Positions 1-9,239 of a DNA stretch of 38,141 nt are shown here, piece by piece. The DNA is taken from the IMG/VR virus record IMGVR_UViG_3300029145_000015, positions 1 through 38,141 of that record, one strand, 5' to 3'. This DNA is from a virus. Its lineage: Duplodnaviria; Caudoviricetes. Position 1 is the stretch's first letter. The number at the start of each line of letters is the position of its first letter. The translations under genes and the position numbers were made by a program. Under the pieces are notes generated by a model. That model worked only from the letters and a program-made list of their open reading frames with translations. It was not told where the DNA came from and searched no databases.

Positions 1-69
1 GTCCAATGTCTGTCTCTCTTCCCAAAAATTTATTATCCCCGTACTCCATTCGTGTTTCCGAAATAGGTA

Positions 70-98
70 TAGACACCCGAGGTCGTTTGTGATATACT
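70..98 (+). promoter_or_regulatory. sigma70-like promoter upstream of the terminase/late operon
   Basis: TAGACA (70-75), 17-nt spacer ending TGA, TATACT (93-98). The boxes are the same as in the promoter at 4742-4770. Confidence 0.7.
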
Positions 99-104
99 TC
101 CCCC

Positions 105-284
105 ATGAACCAGCCTCTGACCAAGAAGGATTTTATCGAGCCTTTCGGTTTGGAGGCCCGCGAGGTTATGCTTGATCGAGAGGTCTTGAAACTTTACCGT
201 GACAACCAGCGTCGAATTCTTGCCGAGCGTCTCCGGGAATATCGAGGACGTCGTAGCGCGCAACAAGGAAAAGGGCTGGCCTGA
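105..284 (+). CDS. 59-aa hypothetical protein, possibly leaderless, overlapping terS
   Basis: Hand-translated ATG(105)..TGA(284): MNQPLTKKDFIEPFGLEAREVMLDREVLKLYRDNQRRILAERLREYRGRRSAQQGKGLA. The ATG lies 7 nt after the -10 box. Confidence 0.4.
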   Translation: MNQPLTKKDFIEPFGLEAREVMLDREVLKLYRDNQRRILAERLREYRGRRSAQQGKGLA

Positions 285-723
285 TGTTCCCGCACAGGCC
301 AAGGTCTTCGTGCATGAGTATGTCGCCACAGGAAATTTGAACGATGCCGTAGCCCGGATTGATTCTTCCCGGAAGGTCGGCAGTCGCCTTTTGCGTGACC
401 CTTTGGTGCATGCTTACCTCCAACATTTACAGGAGGATTTAGTTGATCACACCATTATCACGCGTCAGTTTGTGGAGCTGGAAATGCTCCAGACCCTCGA
501 CGAGGTTTCCGGGAAGGTGGACGTCCCGCAGGTAACCAAGGATGGAGAGGCTTTCATGGCCCCGATTTACAACCCGTCTTCCAAGATCGCACTCCTTAAG
601 GAAATGCGCTCGCTCGCGGGCGTGAGCGGGAATCAGGATGGGGATTCCGGGGGCGTGAAGGTAGTAATTAATCTCGGTGATGCCGGGTACGTTGAGCCCC
701 CAGAGGTAATCTCCGAGCAATGA
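199..723 (+). CDS. terS: terminase small subunit
   Basis: N-terminal helical motif FVHEYVATGNLNDAV..GSRLLRDPLVHAYL typical of Terminase_2 small subunits. It lies directly upstream of, and overlaps, terL. Confidence 0.8.
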   Translation: MTTSVEFLPSVSGNIEDVVARNKEKGWPDVPAQAKVFVHEYVATGNLNDAVARIDSSRKVGSRLLRDPLVHAYLQHLQEDLVDHTIITRQFVELEMLQTLDEVSGKVDVPQVTKDGEAFMAPIYNPSSKIALLKEMRSLAGVSGNQDGDSGGVKVVINLGDAGYVEPPEVISEQ

Positions 724-2084
724 GTGCCATCACCCTACCAAACGAGTGGAAGGCAAGGGAATACCAATCCCCGTTAATGTCTCATATGCTCCATGGTGGG
801 ACGATGGATAAGAAACGAGGAAGTTGTGTTTGGCACCGCCGTGCCGGGAAGGATTCATGTTCACTTCAGATAGCTGCTATTGCTTCCCAGATGAGGGTGG
901 GCACATATTGGCACATGCTCCCTTCGCTCCAGCAGGGGCGACGTGTTATATGGGACGGTCGCGACAAGCAAGGTCGCCGGATGATCGACCAAGCGTTCCC
1001 GAAGGAAATACGAGCGAAGAAACCCAACGAATCCGATATGAAGATCGAGTTTCAAAACGGTTCGGTGTGGCAGGTTGTTGGTTCTGATAACTTCGACAGT
1101 CTCGTAGGGTCAAACCCGATAGGTATCATATTTTCCGAATATTCGATCGCGGACCCTAATGCGTGGGAATACTTCCGCCCGATATTGCTGGAGAACGACG
1201 GGTGGGCGCTGTTTATTTTCACCCCACGGGGCAAGACCCACGGGTATTCGCTCCATGAAATGGCCGCGGAACACCCAGGTTGGTTTCATTCAACCCTGAC
1301 TATCGACGACACCGGTATAATGACACCGGAACAGTTCGAGGACGAAATCGCGCAGGGAATGAGCCGTGAGAAGGCGATGCAGGAGTTCTACTGCAGCTTC
1401 GATATCGGCATGGAAGGGGCCTTCTACACGGAGGAACTGAAATACGCGGAAGACTCAGGGCACATCGGGAGTTTTCCGTGGAACCCCAATAAACCCGTTG
1501 ATACTTGGTGGGATATTGGCATCCGAGATAATACCTCCGTCATTTTCACCCAAGAACATGAATCTGGGGACCCTATCGTTATTGACCACATGTCTAAGCG
1601 GAATCTTGGGCTCCCAGACTGGATACGGGAGATCAATTCCCTCCCATACAATTATCGTACACACAACGGGCCTCATGATATCGAAACCCGAGATTGGGTT
1701 ACTGGTATGGAGAGAGACGAAGTTGCGCACCGACTCGGGATTAACTTCGACGCTGTTCCTAAGCTCAGTGTTCAAGACGGTATCGACGCGACTCGCGTAT
1801 TTATTAGACGCGCCCGCTGGAATGCCGAAACCACTCAGGGTCTCCGCGATAACTTAGCTTACTATCATAGAGAATGGGACGACAGGCGGCAAATATTTAA
1901 AGACAAGCCTGACCATGACCACTCAAGCCACGACGCCGACGCTACCCGTACCGCCGCAGTAGGGTGGGATATGACCCGAGCCGGTTCAATACTTGTTAAA
2001 GACGAAGTGACTGGACGTTACCGCCCGAATATCCGCGTGAAACGGGCGTACGAACCCAGAAGGAGGAATTCCGTTGGATTGTAA
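720..2084 (+). CDS. terL: terminase large subunit
   Basis: Walker A-like WHRRAGKD, Walker B IIFSEY, coupling motif FTP, RNase H-like nuclease motifs WDIG and HDADA. Confidence 0.95.
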   Translation: MSAITLPNEWKAREYQSPLMSHMLHGGTMDKKRGSCVWHRRAGKDSCSLQIAAIASQMRVGTYWHMLPSLQQGRRVIWDGRDKQGRRMIDQAFPKEIRAKKPNESDMKIEFQNGSVWQVVGSDNFDSLVGSNPIGIIFSEYSIADPNAWEYFRPILLENDGWALFIFTPRGKTHGYSLHEMAAEHPGWFHSTLTIDDTGIMTPEQFEDEIAQGMSREKAMQEFYCSFDIGMEGAFYTEELKYAEDSGHIGSFPWNPNKPVDTWWDIGIRDNTSVIFTQEHESGDPIVIDHMSKRNLGLPDWIREINSLPYNYRTHNGPHDIETRDWVTGMERDEVAHRLGINFDAVPKLSVQDGIDATRVFIRRARWNAETTQGLRDNLAYYHREWDDRRQIFKDKPDHDHSSHDADATRTAAVGWDMTRAGSILVKDEVTGRYRPNIRVKRAYEPRRRNSVGL

Positions 2085-3684
2085 ATCATTAAAGGTACGT
2101 CTGGATAAACTCATACAGGACCGGAAGGTCGTTGAAGAGCAATGGGACCTCATTCAGCAATTCGTGGTGCCCTACCGGGGTAACTTCTTCCGCGATGTAC
2201 AGTCCGAGGGGGCTGTAGAATGGCGGCAAAGTCGTCAGGTATTCGATGCGACGGCCATGAACGCCAACAACATACTCTCTTCGAGTCTCCATGGGTCGAT
2301 TACGAACCCCTCCCACCAGTGGTTTAACTTCCGGTTCCGCCGGGACGATCTGTCGGAAAATCGCGAGGCCGCACAGTGGCTCCGGGATTGTACCCAGATA
2401 TGCTTCGAGACCATCCGGGATTCCAACTTCAACCTTGAGGCCAACGAGGGGTATATCGACCTCACTTCCTACGGCACCGCGTTCATGTCCAAGGAAATCC
2501 TGGAAACCAACGGGAGCTTCGAGGATTATCTGTTCGCTGCCGCGCCCATCGAGGAATCCTATTTCGAGGTCGATTTTCGGGGACTGGTGCACCGGTACTA
2601 CCGCAAGATGAAATGGTCGGCGGTCCAGTTGTCCACCAAATTCGGTCGGGAGAAAATCCCCGAGAAATACCGAGATATGGTAGATAAGCCGCAAGGTACC
2701 GAGGCTAATATCGAAATCGTTTTGTGCGTGTACCAGCGTGAAGGGCAACATGACCCCACCAAGGTGGCCGCGCCCATTAACCGTCCGGTTGGCTTCAAAT
2801 ATTTTCTGTACGAAGGCGGCGAGGCTATTGGCGAAGAGGGCGGCTACTACAGCATGCCCACGCTCGTGATGCGATGGCGCAATACCGCCGGTTCTGTCTG
2901 GGGCAATTCCCCGGCCATGATTGCCCTCCCGGATATCTTGACCCTCAATCAACTCGTCGAACTTATCCTTGAATCATTGGAGAAGGTCGTTGACCCGGCG
3001 ATTAAGACAACCGAGCGAGGCCTCATTTCCGACCTCGACCTCAGCGCGGCGGGGGTGAATGTCGTCCGAAACATGCAGGACCTTGAGGCGTTCGAAACCA
3101 AGGCCCGGTTTGACGTCGCGGAACTGAATCGCGAGAAACTCCAGGCTTCTATCCGGTCAATCTTCTATGTCGATCAGTTGGAACTCAAGGACTCCCCGGC
3201 CATGACGGCGACAGAAGTCAGTGTACGCTACGAGCTTATGCAACGGCTTCTCGGTCCGACTCTTGGGCGACTGGAATCTGACTTCCTTGACCCGCTCGTG
3301 ACGTCTACGTTCGCGGACCTCGTGCGGTACAAGCGCCTTCCGGATATGCCCGCTGTTGTGCAGGATAGCCGGGACCCGACTGTAAATGTTGAGTACACCG
3401 GCCCCATGGCCCGTGCCCAGAAGCTCGATCAGGCCCAGAGCCTTACCCAATTCCTCGGTGCTGTCGCTCAGATGGGCGAGGTAAATCCGCAGGCGTTGGA
3501 GAAAGTAGATTGGGACCAGTCAGTCTCCCTGATGGCTGAATATTACGGTGCCGAACCTAAAGTGCTCGTTTCCGAGGCCGAAATGAAGAAGAAACGTCGC
3601 GAGCAAGCCCAGCTGGGTGCTCGTGCGGGCGAGGCTGAAGTAAGCAAGCTTGAAGGGGATGCGCAACAAGCCAATGAAGAATAG
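2074..3684 (+). CDS. portal protein (T7 gp8-like head-tail connector)
   Basis: 536 aa after terL with AGGAGG RBS before a TTG start. Motifs DLTSYGTA, RW..AGSVWGNSP and MTATEV..R..LLGP.LGRLESDFL. Confidence 0.92.
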   Translation: MDCKSLKVRLDKLIQDRKVVEEQWDLIQQFVVPYRGNFFRDVQSEGAVEWRQSRQVFDATAMNANNILSSSLHGSITNPSHQWFNFRFRRDDLSENREAAQWLRDCTQICFETIRDSNFNLEANEGYIDLTSYGTAFMSKEILETNGSFEDYLFAAAPIEESYFEVDFRGLVHRYYRKMKWSAVQLSTKFGREKIPEKYRDMVDKPQGTEANIEIVLCVYQREGQHDPTKVAAPINRPVGFKYFLYEGGEAIGEEGGYYSMPTLVMRWRNTAGSVWGNSPAMIALPDILTLNQLVELILESLEKVVDPAIKTTERGLISDLDLSAAGVNVVRNMQDLEAFETKARFDVAELNREKLQASIRSIFYVDQLELKDSPAMTATEVSVRYELMQRLLGPTLGRLESDFLDPLVTSTFADLVRYKRLPDMPAVVQDSRDPTVNVEYTGPMARAQKLDQAQSLTQFLGAVAQMGEVNPQALEKVDWDQSVSLMAEYYGAEPKVLVSEAEMKKKRREQAQLGARAGEAEVSKLEGDAQQANEE

Positions 3685-3910
3685 CGACGAAAAATTCGAG
3701 AAGCTGCGTAAGAAGTCGCAGCACTTCGTAACTGTGTTCAATACCCCGGACGGCAAGCAAGTGCTTGAAGCCCTTGAGGCTGAGTTCGACGGTACTGACA
3801 TAATGGCTGAAACCTCGGAGAAGACAGCCTATAACCTTGGCCGCCGTGATGTGGTCGTTTATATCCGACAAATGTTGGACTACGCAAAAAGGAACCCCGA
3901 CAATGCCTGA
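3674..3910 (+). CDS. Bbp19-like small head-associated protein
   Basis: VFNTPDGKQVLEAL...TAYNLGRRDVVVYI pattern and position between portal and scaffold. Start moved to ATG 3674. Confidence 0.65.
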   Translation: MKNSDEKFEKLRKKSQHFVTVFNTPDGKQVLEALEAEFDGTDIMAETSEKTAYNLGRRDVVVYIRQMLDYAKRNPDNA

Positions 3911-4718
3911 TTGGAAAGAAGAAGCACCTGAATCATTCGCCGCCTTGATGGAGGCCCCATTCCTGAAGAATGCTGAGTTTATGGAGGACGCTATTACTGC
4001 GATCACCAACGCGGCGGACCATATGGGTAATTCCATCCGGATTCCCAGCGAGCATGCTGGCGAGGCCGACCTCAAGGCGTTCACCGATAAAATCCTGGAG
4101 AAGGCCCCAAGCCTGATGTACAAGCCTGGCGAGGACACAATGGCCGAGTTCCTCCAGAGTATCGGTGTTCCTACCGACAAAGACGGTTATAAGTACGAGC
4201 CGCCTGAGGGTAAGGAAATCCCGGAAGACCTGAGTGGGTTCGCGGAAATCGCGCACAAGCACGGCCTCACCACCGGCCAATTCAACGGTCTATTAGGGGA
4301 TATCCTCCAGTCGCAGTGGGATGGTATGGAGGCCGATACCCACGCGCAGGGTGAGGAAATGAAGAAGCTCCAGACCGAGTGGGGCGCGGCCTTTGAGGGA
4401 AACATGGCTATGGTCAAAAATTTCCTTCGCCTGACTGATGCACCTGAAGGTCTGGTGGACCTGCTAGCCGATAAGGCAATGTCCCCCGCCGAGATCAAGT
4501 GGGTGCACGGCATCGCCACTGCCATGAAGGACGAGGCGGAACTGGCTAAACTCAAGGATGTCACCCCCGAGGCCAAAATGACCCCGGTCGAGGCTGCGGC
4601 TAAGATTCAGGAGATCATGGACAACCGGGAGCATCCATATTGGAATGCGGCGAACCCGCTTCACAAGAAGGCTGTCGAGGATATGCTCGACCTCCAGAGG
4701 CTCGCCAACCCCGACTAG
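3903..4718 (+). CDS. capsid scaffolding/assembly protein
   Basis: Acidic helical protein with GVP...GYKY, HGLTTGQ, LQTEWG and a C-terminal HPYWN motif, directly upstream of the capsid gene. Start ATG 3903 follows AAGGA. Confidence 0.8.
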   Translation: MPDWKEEAPESFAALMEAPFLKNAEFMEDAITAITNAADHMGNSIRIPSEHAGEADLKAFTDKILEKAPSLMYKPGEDTMAEFLQSIGVPTDKDGYKYEPPEGKEIPEDLSGFAEIAHKHGLTTGQFNGLLGDILQSQWDGMEADTHAQGEEMKKLQTEWGAAFEGNMAMVKNFLRLTDAPEGLVDLLADKAMSPAEIKWVHGIATAMKDEAELAKLKDVTPEAKMTPVEAAAKIQEIMDNREHPYWNAANPLHKKAVEDMLDLQRLANPD

Positions 4719-4741
4719 GGGCCGGGTTTCCGAACGGGGGG

Positions 4742-4770
4742 TAGACACCGGTCTCCCCTCGTGTTATACT
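4742..4770 (+). promoter_or_regulatory. sigma70-like promoter for the major capsid gene
   Basis: TAGACA (4742-4747), 17 nt ending TGT, TATACT (4765-4770). Confidence 0.7.
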
Positions 4771-4790
4771 AAAATTTTGGGAGTATCGTC

Positions 4791-4866
4791 CCTCTGAGCG
4801 GGTTACCCTTTCGGGTCCGCGAGGAAAAACGTAGCAGTGGGGTCCGTCCTAGACTACGGGTTACCT
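4791..4866 (+). promoter_or_regulatory. putative structured 5' leader of capsid mRNA (two bulged hairpins)
   Basis: CCTC-tga-GCGG-gtt-ACCC-tttc-GGGT-CCGC-GAGG (4791-4824) and GGT-CCGT-loop-ACGG-gtt-ACC (4841-4865). Confidence 0.5.
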
Positions 4867-4918
4867 GGCAGCGATTAGTAACTTTTTCGTTTACAGGCTA
4901 ACTAAGGAGATCACTGCT

Positions 4919-5794
4919 ATGCCTGCAACCATCGATAAGGTCTACGTCAATACGTACGAGACCAATGTGCGGCACCTTGCCCAGCAAGGCACAACCCGCC
5001 TCCGCCCGTGGTGTATGGAACGCCACGTCCAGTCCGAAGGCCATAACTGGGAGCGCATGTCCCAGACTTCTGCCAGCCAGAAGACGGGCCGTGAGGTCGC
5101 AACCCCCAACGACGAGACTGCGTGGAGCCGCCGGAAATCGGTTCCCAAGACGTATCACACTGGCGACGTAACCGAGCCGGAAGATATCGTGCAGATGATC
5201 GTCGACCCCAACAGCAACTACGCTCGCGCTCAGGGCATGGCAATGCGCCGCGCTCACGACGATGAGATTATCTCTGCTGCTGTGGGTACTTCTTTGGATG
5301 GTGATGGCAACTCGGTTGCCTTCGACACCACCAACCAGGAAGTTGGCGACGGCACCGCATCCATCACCTTCGATCTCGTGACTCAGGTAACTGAGATTTT
5401 CATGAACAACGATATCGACCCGGATGAGGACAAGGTGTTCGTTATCTCCCCCGCGCAGGCGCGCAAGCTCCTGCAGTTGACTGAAGCGACTTCCGGCGAT
5501 TACAACGCGTTGCGACCGCTCACCAGCAAGGGGTATGTCGAATCATGGATGGGTTATACGTGGGTTGTCTCCACCCGGCTTCTGGCTGGTGATGGAGCCG
5601 GCACAACCCCCATCTACTGTTTCGCAATGACGAAACGCGCTCTCGGGCTCCAGGTCAACAAGGATATCTGGGCGCGTATCACTGAAGACCCGTCAATCAG
5701 CTATGCGTGGCGCATCTATTGTGCCTCGACCTTCGGCGCCGTGCGCGTGGAAGACGAGCACCTTGTGCGCGTTGAGCTGGACGACGCGGCCTAA
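4919..5794 (+). CDS. major capsid protein
   Basis: 291 aa after the scaffold, strong RBS TAAGGAG. Motifs VDPNSNYA, AMRRAHD and a C-terminal GAVRVEDE; followed by a terminator. Confidence 0.9.
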   Translation: MPATIDKVYVNTYETNVRHLAQQGTTRLRPWCMERHVQSEGHNWERMSQTSASQKTGREVATPNDETAWSRRKSVPKTYHTGDVTEPEDIVQMIVDPNSNYARAQGMAMRRAHDDEIISAAVGTSLDGDGNSVAFDTTNQEVGDGTASITFDLVTQVTEIFMNNDIDPDEDKVFVISPAQARKLLQLTEATSGDYNALRPLTSKGYVESWMGYTWVVSTRLLAGDGAGTTPIYCFAMTKRALGLQVNKDIWARITEDPSISYAWRIYCASTFGAVRVEDEHLVRVELDDAA

Positions 5795-5803
5795 AACCCG
5801 ACT

Positions 5804-5832
5804 GAGGGGGGCTTCGGCCCCCCTCTCCTTTT
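5804..5832 (+). terminator. intrinsic terminator after the capsid gene
   Basis: GAGGGGGGC-TTCG-GCCCCCCTC perfect 9-bp stem with a C(UUCG)G tetraloop, followed by TCCTTTT. Confidence 0.75.
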
Positions 5833-5846
5833 AGGAGGTTACACCA

Positions 5847-6047
5847 ATGAAAGTAGGTCCCAACTTCGAGGACAAGAACCGCATCCGTGAGTGGTATATT
5901 GAGGGTAAGGATGCTGAATTCATTTCACAGGCGCTGAAAATCGAGCAGGACGCCGTGCAGCGTGAGATTGACCGGCTGGAGGCTGCTGAAGAAGATGCCC
6001 CGGACCCGGAAGAGGAAGAGGAAGAGGAAGAAGACCCCGAAGAATAG
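5847..6047 (+). CDS. small acidic hypothetical protein with poly-Glu tail
   Basis: 66-aa ORF with AGGAGG RBS; C-terminus DPEEEEEEEEDPEE. Confidence 0.75.
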   Translation: MKVGPNFEDKNRIREWYIEGKDAEFISQALKIEQDAVQREIDRLEAAEEDAPDPEEEEEEEEDPEE

Positions 6048-6062
6048 CCTGTCGGGGCTTTT

Positions 6063-6084
6063 GGGGGCTTCGGCCCCCCGTTTT
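6063..6084 (+). terminator. intrinsic terminator
   Basis: GGGGGC-TTCG-GCCCCC stem followed by CGTTTT. Confidence 0.65.
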
Positions 6085-6134
6085 GGACTTCTGAGATGAG
6101 ACGTCCGTAAGGGCGAGATGAAAGAGGAAGTAAT

Positions 6135-6533
6135 ATGTCATTAGCTGCAGATGCGCACATCATCCTTAATGTGCACCAACCTAAGCGCAACGCCACAATC
6201 GGCTCAGGTGCGCCCGCCGCGCCCGCCGCCGATGAAATCACCGTCCGTATCACTACGTTCCCCCGGATTCTTCCATCGGGTGTTGTTGTGGGGATGATGC
6301 GTCAACTTCGTATCCAGCTGCTGTCGGTGTTAGGCACGGCCCCCACTACTGCGGTGGTTGATTTCCGCCGTACCGGTGCTAAGGATGTTGTTATCAATGG
6401 AGTATCTAACGACGCCACTGATATCATCGTAACCCTCGGCAGTAACCTCCGGACCAAAGGGCAGTCACATTTCATTGACCGCACTATGAAGCGCCTCGAG
6501 GAAATTTATTTGGAAAATACCAAGGATGAGTAG
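6135..6533 (+). CDS. hypothetical virion-module protein
   Basis: 132-aa ORF with GAGGA RBS, overlapping the next gene. Confidence 0.7.
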   Translation: MSLAADAHIILNVHQPKRNATIGSGAPAAPAADEITVRITTFPRILPSGVVVGMMRQLRIQLLSVLGTAPTTAVVDFRRTGAKDVVINGVSNDATDIIVTLGSNLRTKGQSHFIDRTMKRLEEIYLENTKDE

Positions 6534-7371
6534 CCTCGTCGACGCAAGATACGCCGCCCTCAGTGGGTTGGGCCTCACCGGTAGCATAAATGAAATGTTA
6601 TTGGCATGGTACCAAGCCTTGGGGGCGACTAGTAATAATATCAATACCGCCCGCCGAGAGTTGTTGGATGGGTTGGGTTATGCCGCTGAGAAGGATATGC
6701 GGCAAGCTTGGTTACTATTTTTGCGTGACGTCGGTTACACCCCCATCAATAACGGTGAAATGCAGTTCTGGATTGATTACCTGCCGCCCACTGCCGTTAA
6801 TGCCTATCCGGGTATGATCTTTGGTGATTCACTCTCCGCAGATAATTGGCAGAGTGCGGCTTATGGTACCTACCTCGATACCAATGTCACCCCTCAGAAG
6901 GTAACCCTTCGTCGCCATGCAAGAGGTCTGGCTACTACTAGTTTCATCAAGGACAGCCTTTTCACCCGGAATTGGACGGCCTTAGGCGCTAAGTTCACTA
7001 TCATCCAAGGTGGCATTAATGATATTATGTCCGCCACAGAGGACCCGTCTGCTGAAATCCAGGCCAACATATCCCACATGGTGAATGCAGTCAAGAATTC
7101 CGGCCAGATGTGTGTTGTAATAGGCCCCGGCCCAGCCAAGAACAACGGGTTATGGACGTCCACTCGGCAAACATGGATAGATAGTCTACAGTCATGGCTA
7201 TCCACCACGTTCCCGAATGAATTCTTTGACGTGTACTCTATCCTTGAAGACCCCGCCAATGCGGATGAACTTCTCCCGGCGTATGATGTTGGTGACGGGT
7301 TGCACTTTACCGCAGCCGCGTATCAAGCAACTGATGCCGCGCTTGCCCCGAGATTCGATGGAGTATTATAA
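6526..7371 (+). CDS. SGNH/GDSL hydrolase with an N-terminal extra domain
   Basis: Block I FGDSLS, block II G, block III GGIND and block V DGLHF. The first ~90 aa form a separate helical segment. Confidence 0.85.
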   Translation: MSSLVDARYAALSGLGLTGSINEMLLAWYQALGATSNNINTARRELLDGLGYAAEKDMRQAWLLFLRDVGYTPINNGEMQFWIDYLPPTAVNAYPGMIFGDSLSADNWQSAAYGTYLDTNVTPQKVTLRRHARGLATTSFIKDSLFTRNWTALGAKFTIIQGGINDIMSATEDPSAEIQANISHMVNAVKNSGQMCVVIGPGPAKNNGLWTSTRQTWIDSLQSWLSTTFPNEFFDVYSILEDPANADELLPAYDVGDGLHFTAAAYQATDAALAPRFDGVL

Positions 7372-8519
7372 TGCCCTTCGAACCAACTCCAGGCTCACCT
7401 AAAAGTATCCGTGGTCTTTACCATTGGGTATGGGGCCAGCTTGTTGAGCTGGGGAAAACCAGTGGCGGAGGCGGCGTTACTTTATTCACGGGGTTAACGG
7501 ATACACCCTCTGCGTACTCCGGTGCCGGGAACCAAGCTGTCCGTGTTAATGGGGCTGAGGACGCTCTTGAATTTTTCGATATCAATGCTTTATTGGCGGG
7601 TAAATCGGATACCGGCCACCTCCACACCGGAGTTTACTCTCCCGTAGGCCACACCCACGCCTATCAACCTATCGGGGATTATATCGTTCAAGGGGGGCCT
7701 CTTACCCAGACCTTAGATGCTAGCAACGAGAAGCTAGATAAAGTCTTAAGGATTGATATCGATGGTCAGGCGACGGAGTATGCATCTTTCGAGAAAGGAT
7801 TCCTAGTCCTTGATCAAGACCATAGTTATGATTTTATATCTGGGACGGCACCCCCCGGATGGGAGGCTTTTGATGGTATAGTTATGCCTTCCGCTATTGT
7901 TGTGGAAGGTACTCATACTTTCGGTCGTGATGCTAATCTACTAGGCTCCGGTATTCTGTTCTATGCGAACATGAAAATCGTTAACGAGTCGGGGCTGGAT
8001 ATACTTCAAGGTCCCTATTATACTCTAGCGGGCACCCCAATATTTGAGGCCGACGATGCTACGGTCACCCACGGTCAGGCAACTGAAATCTTTCTAAGTC
8101 CGGTTTTTCAAGCCGTAGGTGCTTCCGGTCTTTATGATTTGGACCACCATTACAATCTTGAAATACGTGCGGAGTATAAAGAAAACGTAGAAGTAAACCA
8201 CCGCAATGCTTTATCCATTAAAGATGCTGAGGTGGCCGATGTTAATGGCCTGACGCGTCAAGTGGGGCTGGCGATAGAGGAATTGACCGGCGGGGACAAT
8301 AATGCTTATTTAGTGTTAGGCCGTAATGTTGATACGGCGTTCACTGGCGATCATGGTATATATTTGGTCCCAGACGTCCCTAGTTATCTCGGCGGGGATT
8401 TAACTATCAATGGTAATGTTTTAAACGTAGGGAATCTGCCCACCTCATCGGCGGGCCTTAGTTCAGGTGACGCTTGGATAGACACTACCGCCGGTAGGGT
8501 GATAAAGGTGGTAGCATGA
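7371..8519 (+). CDS. fibre/spike-like virion protein
   Basis: GGGGVTLFTGLTDTPSAY segment and HxH motifs (GHLHTG, GHTHAY) common in phage fibres, followed by a beta-rich body. Confidence 0.55.
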   Translation: MPFEPTPGSPKSIRGLYHWVWGQLVELGKTSGGGGVTLFTGLTDTPSAYSGAGNQAVRVNGAEDALEFFDINALLAGKSDTGHLHTGVYSPVGHTHAYQPIGDYIVQGGPLTQTLDASNEKLDKVLRIDIDGQATEYASFEKGFLVLDQDHSYDFISGTAPPGWEAFDGIVMPSAIVVEGTHTFGRDANLLGSGILFYANMKIVNESGLDILQGPYYTLAGTPIFEADDATVTHGQATEIFLSPVFQAVGASGLYDLDHHYNLEIRAEYKENVEVNHRNALSIKDAEVADVNGLTRQVGLAIEELTGGDNNAYLVLGRNVDTAFTGDHGIYLVPDVPSYLGGDLTINGNVLNVGNLPTSSAGLSSGDAWIDTTAGRVIKVVA

Positions 8520-8884
8520 AGCCAGAGGTACCGGAGTTGGAATTTTTTGAGTGGGGTGAATTTGCCTGTAGATGTGGCTGCGGCAAGAATGAATTTCAAC
8601 CGTCTACTGCTGTCCGGGTAAACAAAGCGCGCGGGTACTCCGGTGTCCCGTACGTGGTGACTTCGGCTTACCGCTGCCCTGTGCATAATCGGGTGATTGG
8701 GAGTAAATCAAACGTCCACCCAAGGGGTTATGCAGTAGACATCGCGGCTGGTGATAGCCGGAGTCGGTTCAAAATCATTCAGGGAATGATTAAGGCGGGG
8801 TTTACAAGGATAGGTATCGCCAAAGATTTTATTCATGGCGATGATGACCCCACCAAGGCACCTGAAGTGTCATGGTTATATTAA
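8516..8884 (+). CDS. endolysin, peptidase M15A family
   Basis: EFACRCGCG, VTSAYRCPVHN, S..HPRGYAVDI and FIHGD Zn-peptidase motifs. Confidence 0.9.
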   Translation: MKPEVPELEFFEWGEFACRCGCGKNEFQPSTAVRVNKARGYSGVPYVVTSAYRCPVHNRVIGSKSNVHPRGYAVDIAAGDSRSRFKIIQGMIKAGFTRIGIAKDFIHGDDDPTKAPEVSWLY

Positions 8885-8901
8885 GAACAAGGAAAAATAA
8901 A

Positions 8902-9237
8902 ATGTCGAGTGAAGACGGGACTATGGATGCCTCTGGGTTGTTTAAAAAGATTACAATAGAACTTGTGGTCTCTGCTGTACTTGCTACTTTTATGGGTGGT
9001 ATGGTATATAACGCTATTGCGGACGGAATCAAAGACAACAAGAAGGTGGGGGAAGAAAATAAAGCCGCCATTGCCGCTGAGCATAAGGACGTCAACCGTA
9101 TCAAGCTTGACGTCGCCATCATAAAAGATGATCTTGAGGAAGTAGAAGAGGGATTGAAGAAACTTAACGATAACACTGAGCAGATCAAAATGATGTTGAT
9201 ACAGGCCGGGTATACCTCTTCCGGCCCCGGAGAATAG
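8902..9237 (+). CDS. membrane-anchored coiled-coil lysis-cassette protein (holin- or spanin-like)
   Basis: One hydrophobic helix ITIELVVSAVLATFMGGMVY followed by a coiled coil; sits next to the endolysin. Confidence 0.5.
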   Translation: MSSEDGTMDASGLFKKITIELVVSAVLATFMGGMVYNAIADGIKDNKKVGEENKAAIAAEHKDVNRIKLDVAIIKDDLEEVEEGLKKLNDNTEQIKMMLIQAGYTSSGPGE

Positions 9238-9239
9238 TT

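Noticed and set aside
214-2071. Retention of A-containing restriction sites (e.g. GAATTC at 214 and 2066) as evidence for Z protection
   Set aside because: GC-only palindromes (CCGG, GGCC) are also common, so this is uninformative without computed statistics.
2089-2952. Long antisense ORFs (e.g. 2089-2952, 16990-17625, 22368-22982, 34917-35606)
   Set aside because: They are shadows of well-supported genes on the opposite strand, with no recognisable motifs.
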